Origin: Chrysomallon squamiferum
Lineage: Eukaryota; Animalia; Mollusca
DNA: 64,000 nucleotides
Assembly: GCA_012295275.1 (NCBI GenBank)
Contig: CM022671.1
Span: forward strand, 7,068,001 to 7,132,000
Direction of reading: 5' to 3'
The notes beneath the pieces are model-generated. The model was not told the origin of the DNA. It saw nothing but the letters and a program-made list of their open reading frames with translations, and searched no databases. The position numbers and the translations under genes are program-made. This document shows positions 63,401 through 64,000 of the stretch, piece after piece. Numbering within the stretch: position 1 is the first letter of the stretch; every line of letters starts with the position of its first letter.

Positions 63401-64000
63401 TGGTTCTTATTTACACTGCTTTAACACCCTTCTGTGAGATGGGAAAGTTATACAGAGGTTTTTTTTAAAGACAAATTCTGTTCTGCAATTTTTTCAGACA
63501 TTTTCATATTGAAGCTTGTTTAAATAATATTTTATAATTAGCTTTAAGACAGACATTTCAATATTTAAAATACTGTATGGCTGTTAGTAAGTTAGTTGTT
63601 GTATAATAGTTTGTCTTAAATATTTAGACTGGGATTTTTATAATAATGTAAAACTGGCGTAAATAGGTTTATGATGCATCATTTTGTTTCAAAAATAACA
63701 GATTTTGAGGCTGATAATTTTGGTCCAGTTATTATAAGATTTTGACTTTCCTGAAACGATTTGGAAATCTTGATTGCCTGTGTTTTGATGTTGTATATTT
63801 TTGTGGAGGGGCATTAGCTTTACGAATTGTGATGTTTTTGAAATATATTTTTAGTTTACAGCAAATTAAATGTACTGTTTTATGTAGTCAAATAAAAATT
63901 AATATGTCAGTGACTGGTATCTATTATTTTTATAGACATAAGTTTTGTCTTTTTCAAATTTTTACATTTTATATGTATTTTGTGAAGAGTCTATTAAAGC

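Noticed and set aside
60000-64000. Further genes or RNA genes at the window end
   Set aside because: Only AT-rich low-complexity sequence and microsatellites; no convincing exon, tRNA or rRNA seen.

Overview
AT-rich, microsatellite-rich eukaryotic (animal, probably lophotrochozoan/molluscan) genomic DNA with three clear multi-exon genes. These are PNPLA8/iPLA2-gamma (+, 792-5048, 7 coding exons), a NEMO/optineurin-family UBAN + zinc-finger protein (-, 28393-20695, 11 coding exons) and IMP dehydrogenase (+, 35797-59379, 15 coding exons, 514 aa). Between the first two lie an orphan spliced ORF, a 300-bp TA-flanked MITE and a ~2.6-kb 150-bp minisatellite apparently built from a decayed 13-codon repeat. 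The most interesting signals centre on IMPDH. (i) An upstream exon splices in frame to add an N-terminal extension with a PGHE...S-MADYL motif resembling the vertebrate retinal IMPDH1 extension. (ii) The stop lies in a UGA-CAG-UUA readthrough context, followed by a GC-rich hairpin and a frame interrupted only by UGA codons. (iii) A candidate microexon sits in the last intron. Single-base frameshifts in PNPLA8 and the NEMO/OPTN gene suggest residual assembly indel errors, which limits the pseudogene calls. Comparisons with human and fly sequences are from memory and need checking by search.
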